A stretch of DNA of 64,000 nt, taken from assembly GCA_008632985.1 (NCBI GenBank), contig QPGO01000045.1, positions 372,001-436,000 of the forward strand. The letters are read 5' to 3'. Position numbers and translations under genes: made by a program. Position 1 is the first letter of the stretch, and each line of letters starts with the position of its first letter. Source of the DNA: Psammoneis japonica (taxonomy: Eukaryota). Shown one piece after another: positions 12,929 through 26,610 of this stretch. The notes under the pieces are model-generated. The model was not told the origin of the DNA and ran no database searches. It saw only the letters and a program-made list of their open reading frames with translations.

Positions 12929-15799
12929 AATGGGGGTAGTAGTATCAATAAAGATAGATTGGTATCAGATATCAGAGTGTTTCAATGCAAGCTAAACTTG
13001 AAATTGTGTGGTGAGCGAGACGGTCGCTCGTTGTTGCGGTTGGCCCATTCGTGAATGCGTAGAAAATGTACTGGAAAGCCCGTAGAAAATCCGACGCAGT
13101 CCCTCACGATTTTCGAATTTCGCGGGATGTTGGCACGTTTGCATTCGGTTAGTCGCAGGCTTCTTGGTAGGAACAATCAGAGACCGAGACTGATGTTGGT
13201 TTTCATTCGTAATGAACATTATCTAGTTATCGCCATTCTGCAATGCTCCGGATCAAGATGTCCTACGTGACGTGGGAGCAACAATGAACAAGACGCGCCA
13301 CGAGGAAAAGCACTGAAAACACACTTCAAGACGCCACCCATGATGACTCGCACCCACTTTCAGTCAACCTCGACTTCCTGAGCTAACTCAATGAGCACTC
13401 CTCCAGTCGATTGTGCCACAGAAGAATGTGCTTGCACCGGTTGAGAAAGAGAGACATTGTGAGCATTTGGGTCGAGCCCAAAACTCGAGTTGACCTCCAG
13501 AGTCAAGCAGGCACCTCCTGGAGCTCCCATCAGACGATCCGCCTCGATTTCCAATGTTAGAGAATGACAAAGTTGGCGCAGTTCTCGGTGGTGCAAGGAC
13601 TTGCTTTTGTCTTTTGTGGCCATTGCAGATGTTTGTCAGATCGGCTCGTGCACAGACACGAGCCATCTTGCTTGATTGTCTCAGAGGGACGGCAAAGCCA
13701 TGCCAAGACACAGCACACAGCATTGGCAGCAATGCTGCAAAGTGTGTCAAATCGGTGCACACGCCTCCACATTGACTGCAGAAGATTTGTTGCATGGCGC
13801 CATCATCTAACCCCCACGACACAGAGTGACACAAGAACACATCCAGCACAACTTGGTCACACCGGACAGAAGATTCAGGTGCTGTTCCCGCAAGTCCAAG
13901 CACGTGATGCTTGCCCACAGCCTGACTGGTTGATGTTGTTGCAATGGCAGGTAAAAGCATTTCTGCCGGGCATGCAACTGAGATGGCAAACAAGTCGATT
14001 GACACCAACATTCGGCGTAAATTGCACAACATGAGGACTCCATCTTTGTCCTGGCTGGTTTCATTTTGCACTGGGCAAAGAAGCTTTCTCTTTGGCAAGG
14101 AGGTGCTTGGCCCCATGCTTGTTGCTTGGAGGCCAAGGCAGAGCAAATTCTGTGTCCCCTGTCATTGCTTGTTTGGGCTCAACTGCAAACATGCAACAAT
14201 GCCGTGCGCACACTGTTCTCCACTTTGCAGCACATGCCTGGTTTTGATGATGACACCTCAGGCAAATGAGCTGGAGAGAAGCTCTTGTCTCACTTGTTGC
14301 TTGGCCACACCTTGAAGAGACAGCTCCGAAAAATCCCAATCATGCAGATGAAACAAGTGTTGGTCATTGACTCCTGTGGATCACATGACAAATGACAGCA
14401 CTTCAAAAGCCATTGGTGCCAAGGCGATTGTGGCTCTGGAGTCAGCTGAGTTGCAGCCACTTGAAAAAGGCAGCCATGCTGCTTTGCCATGCTGTTTCTT
14501 GTGCACTGAAGGGAGGAGCACACAACAAGAAAGAGAATTCCACCCAAGTTGTCACCATGCAGCAACCATGACATCCAGAAGAAATGGACAACAAATTGCT
14601 CTCAGTCCTTGCAACAATTGTTGCACAAAATGCAGTCTTTGCTCTTGTCCCTGACACTCCTTAAGAGATCTGGCACCACTCTCTGGGAAACTTCCACCAT
14701 GCATGCAACCCACTCCTGTTGGCAGCTTTTCTTCCCTGGCAGATGTGTTGGAACAGCACAAAGCCACAAATGGTTTGCAACTGACTTTGCAGATTTGTGC
14801 TGCTGTTGATGAACTGACACCAAACAGATGCTTGGCAAGAGGAAGGAAGTGGCTTGGGGCAACTTTGTTTCCCACCCAATTGTTTGGGCCATTGCTGAAT
14901 TGTTCATTTAGAGGCTGTTGTCAGCCAAGCAGTGGCCAGGATCAAATCATTCTGCTGTCAAGCCTGGTGCAAGTCCACCCACTGCCACTTCATCAGATTG
15001 AAAAAATTTGGGATTTTGTCTTGGATGGTCTTTTTTGGAAGGTGTCATTGCAGCAGGCACCTTGGAGAAGATGCAATGACAAAACCTTCTTTTGTTGCCT
15101 TGCATTTTGGGATGCTTTCAGAATTCTCAATGGCAGCTGCAAACAACAAGGCTGCATGCTTTCATCTCATTGATGTTGTGGTGCATTGCTGGATCCAGGC
15201 AACTCAACACCACCTCCACTTCATTGGCCAGAAAGTCTCAGGGCTTGTGTGCAAGTCAAAAAGCAGTGTTCAGACAACTGTGCCATGTGGGGCTGCTTTT
15301 GATGATGCCATGACTGCATGGTGCAGCAATGGATCTGCCATCACCAGAGAGATCTGGTTGACTCAGTGTCTCCTCTTTTGACAGGTGTTGAGATGCCACC
15401 CGGCCATTTGGTTGCAAGAACAACCATTCTTGTGCCTGCCTTCAAGAACTCCCACATGGCAAAGGCCCCTCCAACAATTGCAATTTGGCGAGGCAATGCA
15501 TTCACAAAACTTTTGCATGACTTGTTCAGCTTGCAAGACATGGCAACGGGGCTCAGATCAATGATGGGCTCAACTTCTGGGACAACCTGATTGCAGCAGT
15601 GCAACAGCTCCATTGATTGCAACACCTGACATGCGTTGAAACCTCATGCTCCAATGGCGCGACTTTGCACCCAAGTCATTCTCCATGGCTGTGACTCTGC
15701 AGCATCATTCCAATCACCCAAGCATGCTCAAGGTTGGCGGTGGCAAAACAAGTGCAAAAAGAATGTCTGAAGGCACCATCAAATGAGTGCTCATTGACA

Positions 15800-18700
15800 A
15801 GATGAAATCAGAGATCAGAGCTGTTGCATGGCATGAGCAGGCTTGGGTTTGTTGAGTCACTGGCTGAGAGATGCAAGCAAACACACATGCCATGAAGGCA
15901 AAAATGTGGTGGTGAGGACATGTTGATTTTGCTCACAACTTGGTTGCAAAAGCATTTTGACTTTGACAACAAGCAGTTGGTGGAAATGCAAGTGCTGCCC
16001 CTTGCCCATTTGTTGGAAGCAACAACACTGCAAATGGACCCCAACATTCCTCAATGTGCTGTCACCACAAAATTTGATGAATGGTGGTCTGTCCTTGTTT
16101 GGGAACCATTCAATCAAAATTGAAAATGTTGCTCTAATTGAGAATGCAGGAGGTTTTGTTGGTCAGTGCTCGGCAATGAATGAGTTTGGACAGATGTTGC
16201 CATTCTGACTTGTCACAGGGACAACCCTGCTGGAAGTGAAGGACAGCCCACATGGCCTTAACTGATGGCACCAAATGCATGGTTTTCAAGGCCCAATCAT
16301 TTTCTTGACTGACAGATGCTTTGGTGAGTGCTTGTTCCATGAAGGCAACAAAAACAATGGCAAGGAGCCCATTTTCTGTTCCCTCATTCCAGAGACAAAA
16401 AAATGGACAGTGGTTGCTTGGGTGGTGTGGCATCTGCTGACAAGGAGCAAGGTGAAATTGGCTCCAACAACAAGCCTCAATTGGGTTTCAAGTTTGTTGA
16501 ACATCTTGACACCTCCAAGCGGCTGATCACATTCTCTGTCAAACAAGCTGCAAATGCCGCCACCAAGGAAATCTCCTTGCCAAATGTGCTGAGAACAATT
16601 GGGGTGCACTGTTGGTTGCGATGCAGAGTGGACTGTCGGGGCCAAGGGTGCCCCCCAAACTGTTCAAGTTGCCACACCAGATTTGGAAAACTGCGCTTTT
16701 GTGTTGCCATTCCCTGATGGACTCAAGGCTTTGCTGGGAGTCTGCAGCCACAATGAAAACAGCTTCCAGGATTGGCACAGACAAAAGGAAGCTGGCTCAA
16801 ATTGGAGTTTTGAGTGTTGTTGACCAATGCAACAAACCTTCAGCACATGGCAAAAGGAGCAAGCAGCAACTGGTCTTTTCATGATGCAGCCACAGTTCTT
16901 TTTTGGATGGGAGTGAGCACAAAGGCAACTGACTGTGACTGCTTGATTGGAAGCAAGCTGTGGTTGATGATGAGTGCTGTTGCCATGCTGTGGTTGATTC
17001 ATGCATTCAAATGATGTCATGCTTGAGCATGGTTGCCGTGCATTTTGTGGATCCAAGAGCCATTCTCCGCCACCAGATGTGAAGGAGCTAAAGGAAAATG
17101 ACTCATCATTGCTGTGCACAACCAACAAATTTGTGACAGTTGCAGAAGCCACTTTTCTGGGTGCAGCAGAGTTGGCAACTGCTTGTGACATTTTCTGATC
17201 ATGCTGTTGTCAAAGTTTGCATGGACACAGCTGAGCAACCTGCAGCAGTTGTGACAAAAATGTCAAACCAAAGCACCATTGAGGACATCATTGCAGGTGG
17301 TGCAAAAGATGTCATGTGGGAAGTCAGAAACTTGTGTGTCACACCTGAAAAGCAGCAAGCACTGGCAGAGTTCAACACACACACACACACACACACACAC
17401 AAAGAGGAGAGTGTCAGATCAAGACAACAGCAATGGCAATGAAGATGTCCCACTTGCTGCAGTCCCACATGCCTGACACTGAAAATGAAAACAAAGGAGA
17501 TGATGAGAATGAGTGTGATGCAAATGCCAGAGATGAGCCCACACAACTGCAGAACAGACTCTGCAACATGAAACAAGACATCATTGAACACGTGCTCACT
17601 CAGCTCAGGAAGGTTCTGTCAAAAAACCTTGGTGCACCTGGAGTGTTCATGGCTCAATTGTCTGAAGCTTTCTTTGTCCCACCAGAATGACATTGAGTTT
17701 GTCAAGGATGAAGCACTGCATGCAAAAGAGCAACCGCAGCAAAGATGAGGCCAACACATTGCACTGGAAGCTCACGTGAAAGTGGGTCCATCATGCTGCA
17801 CCAGGCCCAAAAGAGCTGGAGAGAGAACTCACAAAGCCAGCAAATCTTCTTGCAAATGTGCTTGGCACAAAGACCAAGAAGCTGCTGTTTCAACAAAGAG
17901 CATGGAACCTGCTGCACAAGGCAATGCTTTGTCATGTGCAAAAGGGGTGCCTTGGTGACAGCCCTTCAATGTCGCACTTCATTCAGGCCAGCACTGACTT
18001 GTGTGAGCCCCTCTTTTTAAGCGCTTTTGTGGCACTGGCACACTTGAACAAGGACATCATCAAAGAAGTGAGACAGCTGCTCTGGACCTTCAGCTGTTCT
18101 CCAAGGATTGTTGTTGCTTTGTCACATGATTTCATTCACTGTTGGAGCCAGTGCAACATCATCAGTGTTTGTGTTCTTGGGCTGCCCACAAAACATGCCA
18201 ACTGCTGTGATGGCTGGGAAGTTAGAGCAAGAAATGAAGTTCACTGCATCACAAGAAGAGCTGCTTGAACTGCCACATTCAAAGTGGAAGCAAGATGACT
18301 GTGTGGATTTCAGAAATGCTGTTGGGGAGTGGTTTGGCTTCAAAGACACCATCCAAGAGAGAAATCCAGAAGACAAAGCAATGGAGACAGTTGACGCACA
18401 CAAAGAAGATGGGAGTTTGGATGCAATGTTGATGGTGCCAAGTCTGGGTGTCCAAGTGCCAAGAGTTGCCTGCACCAGCCTCCTGGACTGCAAAGAAACA
18501 AAATTGGAAAAGAGGTGTCAAACCAGCAGAGTCACCCACAGAAGCAAATTTTTTCCATCACAGCTGCGCCATCTGTCAAAGCAACCAACAAGCAGAAGCA
18601 GACAACAGTGGCCCATGCACTCAGTTGGGTGAGATGTCAATTTTTTGGAGTCAAGTTGTCAAGGATGATGAGTGTGATGACAAGAGACCAAAAGCTGATG

Positions 18701-19360
18701 TGATGCACAAAAATGCACTCCATCTCATGGCATGTTGGAAGAAGGAGTTCAAGAAAAAAAAGGGAATGTTGCTGCAACCACATTGCCGGCAAAAGAAGCA
18801 AACAAAGCTTTGCTTGAGAAAAGAATCAAGAGAGGCTTGATTCAACAGACAGAGGTTGCTCACCTGGATGGCAGCGGTGAACTGGCACTGACAAATGAGG
18901 GCAATCTGGAATTGGAGTTGACAGAAGGTGCTCCAAAACCACAGTGTTGATTCTTCAATGTGTGACAGCACATTTCCAACCAGCAACGAGTTTCACGGCT
19001 TTGATGATGGCGGCTCAATGCCAGCTGGAGGAGATGCTCCCAACACAGACAGCACAAACAATGCAAAGTTGCCACCCCAAGAGCCAATTGCACCCCCATC
19101 TTTTGCAACCTTGACCCCAACCTGTCCAAAATGTGCTGGTGTCTCCCAGAGCAAGAAGAAAGAACAAGAACAAGCAAGCATCAAAAGGTGAGAGAAAGAT
19201 GTCAAAAATGCAGCATGGGAAAATCTTTGGGTGTGCACGCTGAATGTCACCAAGGGACCAGATTCAACAAGCGGCAGTGGAAGTTCATTCACATGAATGA
19301 TGTCTGCACAACACACCAGCAGACGAACGCTTGGGTGGTTTTCCCATTGCCAGCGGGTTG
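15800..19360 (+). mobile_element. Decayed MULE/ISL3-like DDE transposase (DUF6729-type family) with an inserted WRN-like DEDDy 3'-5' exonuclease domain
   Basis: Collinear motifs across frames: GNHSIK...AMNEFGQM...GFQGPIIFLTDRC (16100-16330); VGCDAEWTVG...VQVATP...LKALL|ESAATMKTASRIGTDKRKL (16600-16800); KQDIIEH...LSKNLGAPGVFMAQLSEAFF (17570-17680); HVQKGCLGD and FCGTGTLEQGHHQ (17930-18065); C-terminal RCQKC..H..C. The family assignment is from recalled motifs. Confidence 0.6.
17375..17400 (+). repeat. (AC)13 microsatellite
   Basis: Directly visible. Confidence 0.95.
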
Positions 19361-22300
19361 CGTGCATTGCATGTGGGCAAATGACAACAAAGTGGAGCTC
19401 ACTTTCCCCACCCATCCACTCCAGAGTGAGTGCACTCCACATCAACCTGTGTGAAATGTCGCAAACCCTAGAAATGATGCTGCAAGTGGAAAAATTGGTG
19501 CTGGAAATGGGGTTGAATGGTGCCAAGAATTTGTGGTGCACAAGTTTTTTGACAGGTGCCAAAAAGTGCTCCTGTTCCACCCACTTGCGGTAGCGCGGTC
19601 GCACTTGTTCCCGGCACTTGCCAGCAATGCTGCTCTTCCCAAAAGTGGCATGTTAGATTGATGACTCTTAGACTCCTCAACAAGGCCATGCCATGCCATG
19701 CCATGCCACACCGGTACACCGCAGCAACGCACGCTGTCCGCCGCCCCGTCCGTCGTGCGCAGAGTTTGTCGCAACACAAAAAGAAAAAACACCGCACCAT
19801 GGCGTGTGAAACTCGGAGACCTACCACTCTGTAACTTATTCTGCAAGGATTTGTCAAGCGACACCGCGTCTAAGAATTGTTTCATAACTTCAAGTTTTGA
19901 TTTACGACGGAATATCGTTGTGAACAGTGCCGTCAAAGTGTCGGAGGATAGGATTTGCTTCCCTTCATAAATCATTATGAGACACCGCAATCACCACCAT
20001 GATGACACGAGCCGATAACACGACAGAATTGTTCCAAATGGCAGTCTTTGTTGGTGTTTGTATAGTGACGTTATGGGGTCGGTGTTTGGATGAAAGGACG
20101 GCATGAGAACGACAGGAGAATCAGAAGTGCTGAAAAAGGCGTCCATCTCGGCATCAAGAGCAAGTACATTTTGCAGGATACAACTCGATCGGCAAGCCTG
20201 TTTGGTCGGTTTGGTGGCTTGTTTGGTGGATGTCATTTTGTAAGTTCTATGTGAATGAATCATCCTCGTTTGCATTACAAACATACTGATGCGCCTTTCC
20301 TCTTATTCAAAATACAATCTGTCGCATTCCATACAATTTTTCTTTGGAATACTGTAGCTCAAACATGGATTGCGTGTTACGATGGCCCCGGGCATTGCAG
20401 CCGAGATTGGTTTACAGTAGCCAGATTGGCGCCCATGGGGATAATGATGTCTCGGCCGGCGCTTCGTCCATCCTTACCCTACGGTTGTATGCTCATTACT
20501 GTGGATGCAGGTAAGTTGTATCCTTCAAAAAAGTTTGGAGATTCGCAACCCGAAAGCATCCTCTCTTTTTGGTTTCCACCTGGTACGGAGTTTCATTTCT
20601 AATCACATTCTTTATTCCGTTGCTTGTCATACCCAATCACAGCCAGCATCTTTATGCGAGAAATGGACAAGTAGTAGTGCAGCTGTAGAGAGGTTGGATC
20701 CATAAGTCACTTATGTTTGTTCCAAAATTGCGCTATACACAAGGGAATGACGAGGTTTGGTTGTTTTTCCTACGTGAAAGGTGTTTGGATTGTCTTATGT
20801 AGACGCCGCAGCTGTTGGTAGGGAAGTTATCGGTGCATTCACGATATTCATTTCGGGTAATTGCTGTCATGGCTGTTGCTTTCGGTCATCCAGGCCCGCT
20901 GTTCCGCCGTTCGTCGTTCCTTCTCCCTTCGCCGCCTAAGACAATGGGGTCATTTCCAAGAATTTTCCTTGTTGTAAGCATCGTGCAAGTGACTGTTGTA
21001 TCAACTTGCTGTCAATACGAATCAGCGCTCATCGGAGCGGTACTTTTCACCTCAACGTAGCAAACGTCGAGGTTCTGAATGGTAAATCAGTCGATACATT
21101 TATCGAACGAGCAGCAAGACTGACTCCATTTTGGCCAGCCTTTGAGCTGTCTTGTTCCATAGAGAGCTATCGATACAAATGAGTTTACTGTGTGACTTGA
21201 AGGAACTGCGCCTTTGGCTGGAATACTTGAAAAGGCATTTGTTCAAGCTGGTTTGGACGGTTTAGCTGTTGTTAACGGCACGCAGCATGATTCGTCTTCC
21301 TTGTTTTCCATTAAAGTCAATACGTCCGTAAAGCGAAGTGCGTCTCTGGAATAGAAACAATTGCTTGGATCCTGAAACCAATAAGATTGTTAGTGGAGAA
21401 GAAGGGGGGTTACCTGTCCGATGGAGAGAATAGTATATTACCCATAGAACTCATAGGCCTGCAAGATGAAGAGCTTCTCTGGAGACCGTTCCAGATAACG
21501 GTCCGACAAGCTGCGGTGCAAGCCAATTTTGAGTTAGAGGGTTCGGGAGGATCTCCCTACTGTTGAGCCCAACCTCGTTGAGGTAGAATCGTTTCTTGAT
21601 GTACCGGTAGTCGGCGACCTTGGCTTGTCGCTTGGTTTGGATGAGTTGGTGCCTTTCAACGTCTGGCTCGTTGAACTTGCTTCCCTTTTTCAAGGAGAAC
21701 CAGCAGAGCAAGTCGATGTATTTCTTGATGTCTCGTCGACTTTCGATCCTGTACGAAGGGTCAATGGCACTGTTATCCATCGGTGAAAAATCGACGTGGT
21801 AGATCCCCAAGGAAACCTGCGGAAATGCTTTCACCGACGAAGTGGAAGAAAATCTCCCGATATCGAAACCTACGAGTAATATGGAGACTGAAACATCAAC
21901 GAAAGGCTACGAGATCGAGGCATTGAATCCTCTGACGTCAAAAGAGGCACCAGCTCAAGGCGGACGCGGAGCTCAACTTGGAACGAGATCCGCAGAAACG
22001 CAAGGCAACCTAGAGAATCGGAATTCAGACACGGAGCTCGAAATGACGCGGTGACACGGTCGAGGAATTGAATTCCAAGACAGAAGCAATACTCGATGAT
22101 GAAGAAGAAGAGCCAGTGGCTAAGTCGTTTGAGGAGAAAAAGATCAGGCGCCGCGGTTGCGACGTTGAGTCTCAATACAGAGGCAGCAGTAGCCCAACCC
22201 GAGAATAAGGAGGCTGCCGCGGTGATCGACCATGTTGTCGAAGATAATGCGCATTTGTCTCTTTTGAAGGAAAGGATCCCCCGGAAGTCGTTGGGAAGCT

Positions 22301-23720
22301 TATAGGCAGATTGCTATTATCACGGTAACTGAGACATATTCCTCTCTTGCAGGAAGAAGAGGGGTATGTGCGACCATGTGGTTGGTAGCCTGTTGCACTC
22401 GAGATTCTGATCCTAAATGTAGTGCAAGGATGACGAGTGATAGTAAGCCGATCCCCAACGTGCTTTAGAAGGACGAGTTAGAGAATTCTCCACATTTTCC
22501 TGGATGCAACGGAGCAGAACCTCCGGCCTACATGTTTTGCGTGGGGCGTGTCGATGACATGAAAAGAAAAAAAATATTTTAGCTCGAAATTTACATCTAC
22601 GGAGAGTACACCAGCTCAAGATTCGGTTTCATCGTTCCACCCACTAAAATGCTACACTCTGATAAACATGACTACTGACTGAGCCAGTTTCAAGTTGGCA
22701 AACCGCCCGAAACAAATTACAACCATACAACTAATCAACGATGCTGAATTTCGGTTGCAGAATCCTTGATGGGGGTGAGTCGAGCAGTTTTATTCCGCGC
22801 AAGCCGTGGCGGCTCATACCGTGGAGCGAGGGTATCTCTTCCGAGACAGCAGACAGAAACACCGAAAAACGTCTGAGGAAGTATAATGGCGGTATCCGAC
22901 CCTCCTTCAATTCGTTGCCGACGTTCCCGATTCCCGAAACAATGTAGGAAACTAGTAAGACGAGACCGACGACAAGACGAGCTCCAGCAAAGTACCGGTA
23001 CATCATCGACCGTTTTCGCCGTGAAGAAGCCAACTTTCACCAGGCTTAAGGTAGAACTTTTCTTGGTAGCTTGTAGTGCCATGGGGAATGCGTGGCGTCC
23101 GAGTATAATACGGTATAGCAAAATGAGAGTTGCATTTGGTACTCTACAATGCCTTTCGTTTCTGTTCCACCTTGAGTAGAGACTAGTAGAAGTGCTTGTA
23201 AAGGAGACAGGAGTGTCAGCGCTGTGAGACAACTGCTCAGATGAAGTCCTGTCCAAGAGTCTCCCACAGTTCAGAGACGGCCCCCGACGGACTCAACACG
23301 AGCGATCATTCACTTGTCACTGTCTAAAATCCATGGATCAACCAAAGGTTGTTGGACGGCGAATAGGTACGCCTCATATTTGTTGTTTCTCTTGTCGCTC
23401 GAGATGACGTTGTTCGCGCTCCATGTGATCGCAAAATCTTCTCCGTGAAAGTTCAATGCTTCTTTCATTTCTTTATTGGTTGACGGATGACAAGCTGATA
23501 TGAATTTACCCATGTGAAATCTACTAGATATCCACTTGAGATCATGCTTCGGCGGAACCTCCACTACAACATCATATCACATACGCAGCTGTAGATGCAT
23601 CCGCATTCATTCATGCCAGCCGCAACGCATTCTAGAAGCGCAGTTTCAAGGAGTGTGTCGCTCTCTGTCTCGTTCAAAATTCCACAATGTTGAAAGTTGT
23701 CTCGCATCCAGCTCAATTTT

Positions 23721-24470
23721 CTACTTTCTTGCCGTAACCTCGGCACCCACCACAAATTATTTGGTCCCCGACAACCACTGCTTGATGACCTCTCTACTCT
23801 CGTCCTTGAGTTTTACCTCCACCTCACGAAATCCCGCATCCACCGAGTATTCTTACACGGACGCCATTTGTGGCGCCGCGGCAACTCAGCAATAGCCATC
23901 GCCTCGGCCGGCTTGAGGCGATGGGGTATCGGGTATAATCATTTCGGGGCAAATCACGACGTCAGACACGGTAATGCGACCACCCGGTTTGAGAATGCGG
24001 TGTGTTGCTTGAAACACCTGCAGCTTGTCAGGACTGAGATCAATGACGCAGTGGCTCATAACACAATCCACCGTGCCGTCGACTACGAGAAAGTGTTCAA
24101 TCTCACCCAAATGGAATTCGACATTGGTCGTCTTCTTCTTGTTGGCATGAGTTCGTGCCTTGTAAATCATATAGGGTGTCATGTCGACACTGCAATGATC
24201 GTCTCATTCTCAAGTAGGCTGGCAACCCTCATGGGATTGCCACAACCCAGTCCCAAATTGGAATCCGTGCCCGCCTTGATGATTTGTTCCGGCATGTAGC
24301 CCATTGATGTACCATTCGTTGCAGATCCGAGGGGTTGGTTGTAGCGGAATTGGGGCCCAATGAACCGTCAGGATAGCACACGGAAGGTAAAGTTTCGTGG
24401 TGTTGCTGGTACTAAAAGTGTGGGTAATAGGGGGACAGCAGCCTCCTCCATTACTGGCACTGACAGTTCC
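23721..24470 (-). pseudogene. arsM: Arsenite S-adenosylmethionine methyltransferase (ArsM/AS3MT-like), disabled
   Basis: MGYMPEQIIKAGTDSNLGLGCGNP; VDMTPYMIYKAR...NVEFHLGEIEHFLVVDGTVDCVMSHCVIDLSPDKLQVFQATHRILKPGGRITVSDVV; DAGFREVEVKLKDESREVIKQW...VTARK*. The SAM-binding DLGSG segment is deleted, and stops and frameshifts are present. Confidence 0.85.
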
Positions 24471-24489
24471 TGTGGAAATCTCTTGAAGA

Positions 24490-24925
24490 TTGGTGCGAAT
24501 GAGACACGGTATCTCGTACAAGCCCAATTCGATTGCCAGGTCCTCCAGCTCGTCACAAATGCCGGAATGTAAAGCAGAACCACAGCAAGTAGAACCATTG
24601 TCGTAGTCTTTTTCGAGCAAAGGCAAATCGATAAGGAGAGACTTGCATCTGGGTCCACCAAAGGATATCACAGCCACCACGAGAGCAAGGTGGCTTCATC
24701 GTTAATTGCATCGACAAAGGGCACAGTCATGCTGCCACTTTAGAATGCTGCAGTGTCAGCACTCGAGTTATCGCTCTGTTGGTGTATAGTGTGTTTGCTG
24801 TTGGTTCAAACACACCGTATTGCTTCTTCTGCTCTTGGAAGCGACGGCAGATTTGAGATTGTTGCGTCGTTTTTTGTTTCGCGGATCGGAGGGAAGGAAA
24901 TCTTGGAGTTCGGAGCTCGTCCTGT
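24490..24925 (-). repeat. Diverged copy 2 (inverted) of segment 8715-9230
   Basis: See copy 1. The translations share LLEKDY and DLAIELxLxEI. Confidence 0.85.
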
Positions 24926-26154
24926 GATGACTCGGGCTGACGTCATCGTGGTTCGCATACAAGATCGTTTTTTACACAAAATATGATAGTAAAAGAAGCC
25001 GTTGGCTTTCCCGCCACATTTTCGAAAATTTTGAAACAGCAACATGAAACCCGAATCACTTTGCTCATTGTTGCACGAAGCACACAAAAATCGCCATTCG
25101 ACCTTTTGAAACACATCGTTTGTCTGTATTACCATGGTTGCATCATGTCTCTGCTAAAGGTGAGTCGATCGTCTCGTTCTCGTTGCGAATTAGATCTGCT
25201 GGAGTTAAGTCATTGAATGTCGTCCGCACACGATTACCATGTAGACCTGAAGGCTTGGGTCCTTGACGGTTTTCCTCTGTGCGTTTGATTGCGTATATCT
25301 TTGGAAGTCATTTCGAGGCGAAATGACGATTGCCTGTCAAAGCAGTCCGTGGTTCCGACGGAGATACACCACGATTGCCAGCAAACTCGCTTCTGGCGTG
25401 TGCGCTGAATGCTTGTAAACGTCCAATACGGCAGTAACCCGGTGCCAACCAACGCACTTTCTAGTGCAACGGTTGTTTAAGCAGGAACCATATGAGGGCC
25501 AGCCTCTGCTTTCTTTTTTTGAATGCACGCTGAACGCCTGTAGACGTCGTGGACTAAGACGGTGTGCTTGATAACCCCGAAGGGCAGCCTTTTTCGTGAA
25601 GGTTGTAAGGTGGTTCAGACCGCTTGAGTTGCTCATTGAGCATCTCATATCTGATCCCCCGTAGGTTTAACACTCCCATGGGTCGCCGGCCCGTTATATC
25701 AGCTACATTCTCCACGTCCCACAGCGTTTGAAGATCTGTTTGTTTCGTTTGCGATTGTGACCGTCTCGCTGAGTTATGCTTTATAACTCACACTCTTTTT
25801 TCAGATTTTGATTTCTATTTGGACAGACGATATGAATGGAGATATGCAAGAAGGAGGAGCTACACATTGTTTACAAGGTCATCAATTGCTGGTCCATGTT
25901 GACGATCGTACGGCTGCAGTGTTGTCATGGCTCTCTCTAGAGTCCTACCCGAACGAAGAAAGCGTGCTATCTCCGTCTCTCGAGCGATTCCTTCCAGAAG
26001 CATGAGCAGAACTCAAAGCTGTCACATGTATCGAGAAGGATATCCAAATATCCTCGTTGTAGCAACATGCCGGCTGAAGTGCTCCGTCAAGCGCCATCCG
26101 AATATCAATTGTGTCTACCTTCAAGCTTCATATCGAGTCCAACAACCGAATCAC

Positions 26155-26610
26155 AAGATGTGTCAAGTCGAAAGAGTCGAAGAATGATGCTTGCTCTTCT
26201 TCGGAAGCACTTTGTTGAAGGTAGCACTAGTCATGTACTCCATATGGCTACGCTGCTGCTCCCAGCGAGTCTGTCGCAGGTTCATGCCGTGCTTCAAATA
26301 AGGATGCATCGTAAGATGAATAAGGAAAGAAAGAGAGAATCGACGAAAGCTGCACTTCGATGGGATATACCATTGCTAGGAGCCACTCGGACCGAACCTC
26401 TTCTTCCCTTGTCATGTTGCGACATCTGTTCTCGCAAGGTATTTTTCCAACTACCGTAAGATGTGTCAAGTCGAAAGACTTGAAGAATGACGCTTGCCTT
26501 CCTTCTGAAGCATTTCGTCGAAGAGCACAAGTCATTTCCTCGATATGGCGACGCTGCTGCTTTCAGCGAGTTTGTCGCTCTTTCATGTCGTGCTTCAAAT
26601 AAGCTATGTG
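26155..26610. repeat. Direct repeat of ~155 bp (period ~302 bp) inside a degraded coiled-coil-like minus-strand gene
   Basis: AAGATGTGTCAAGTCGAAAGA...ACGCTGCTGCT..CAGCGAGT..GTGCTTCAAATAAG occurs at ~26155 and ~26458. Confidence 0.85.

Larger units (their letters stand above)
13270..19820. other. TpA/CpG-depleted tract B
   Basis: Near absence of TA. CpG is retained at ~13270-14200 and ~19590-19820 but is rare in the core. Confidence 0.9.

Noticed and set aside
19850..23600. Functional calls for protein-like fragments (19991-20284, 21451-21834, 22735-23256, 23310-23564)
   Set aside because: They look like further decayed gene pieces, but no family motif could be recognised.
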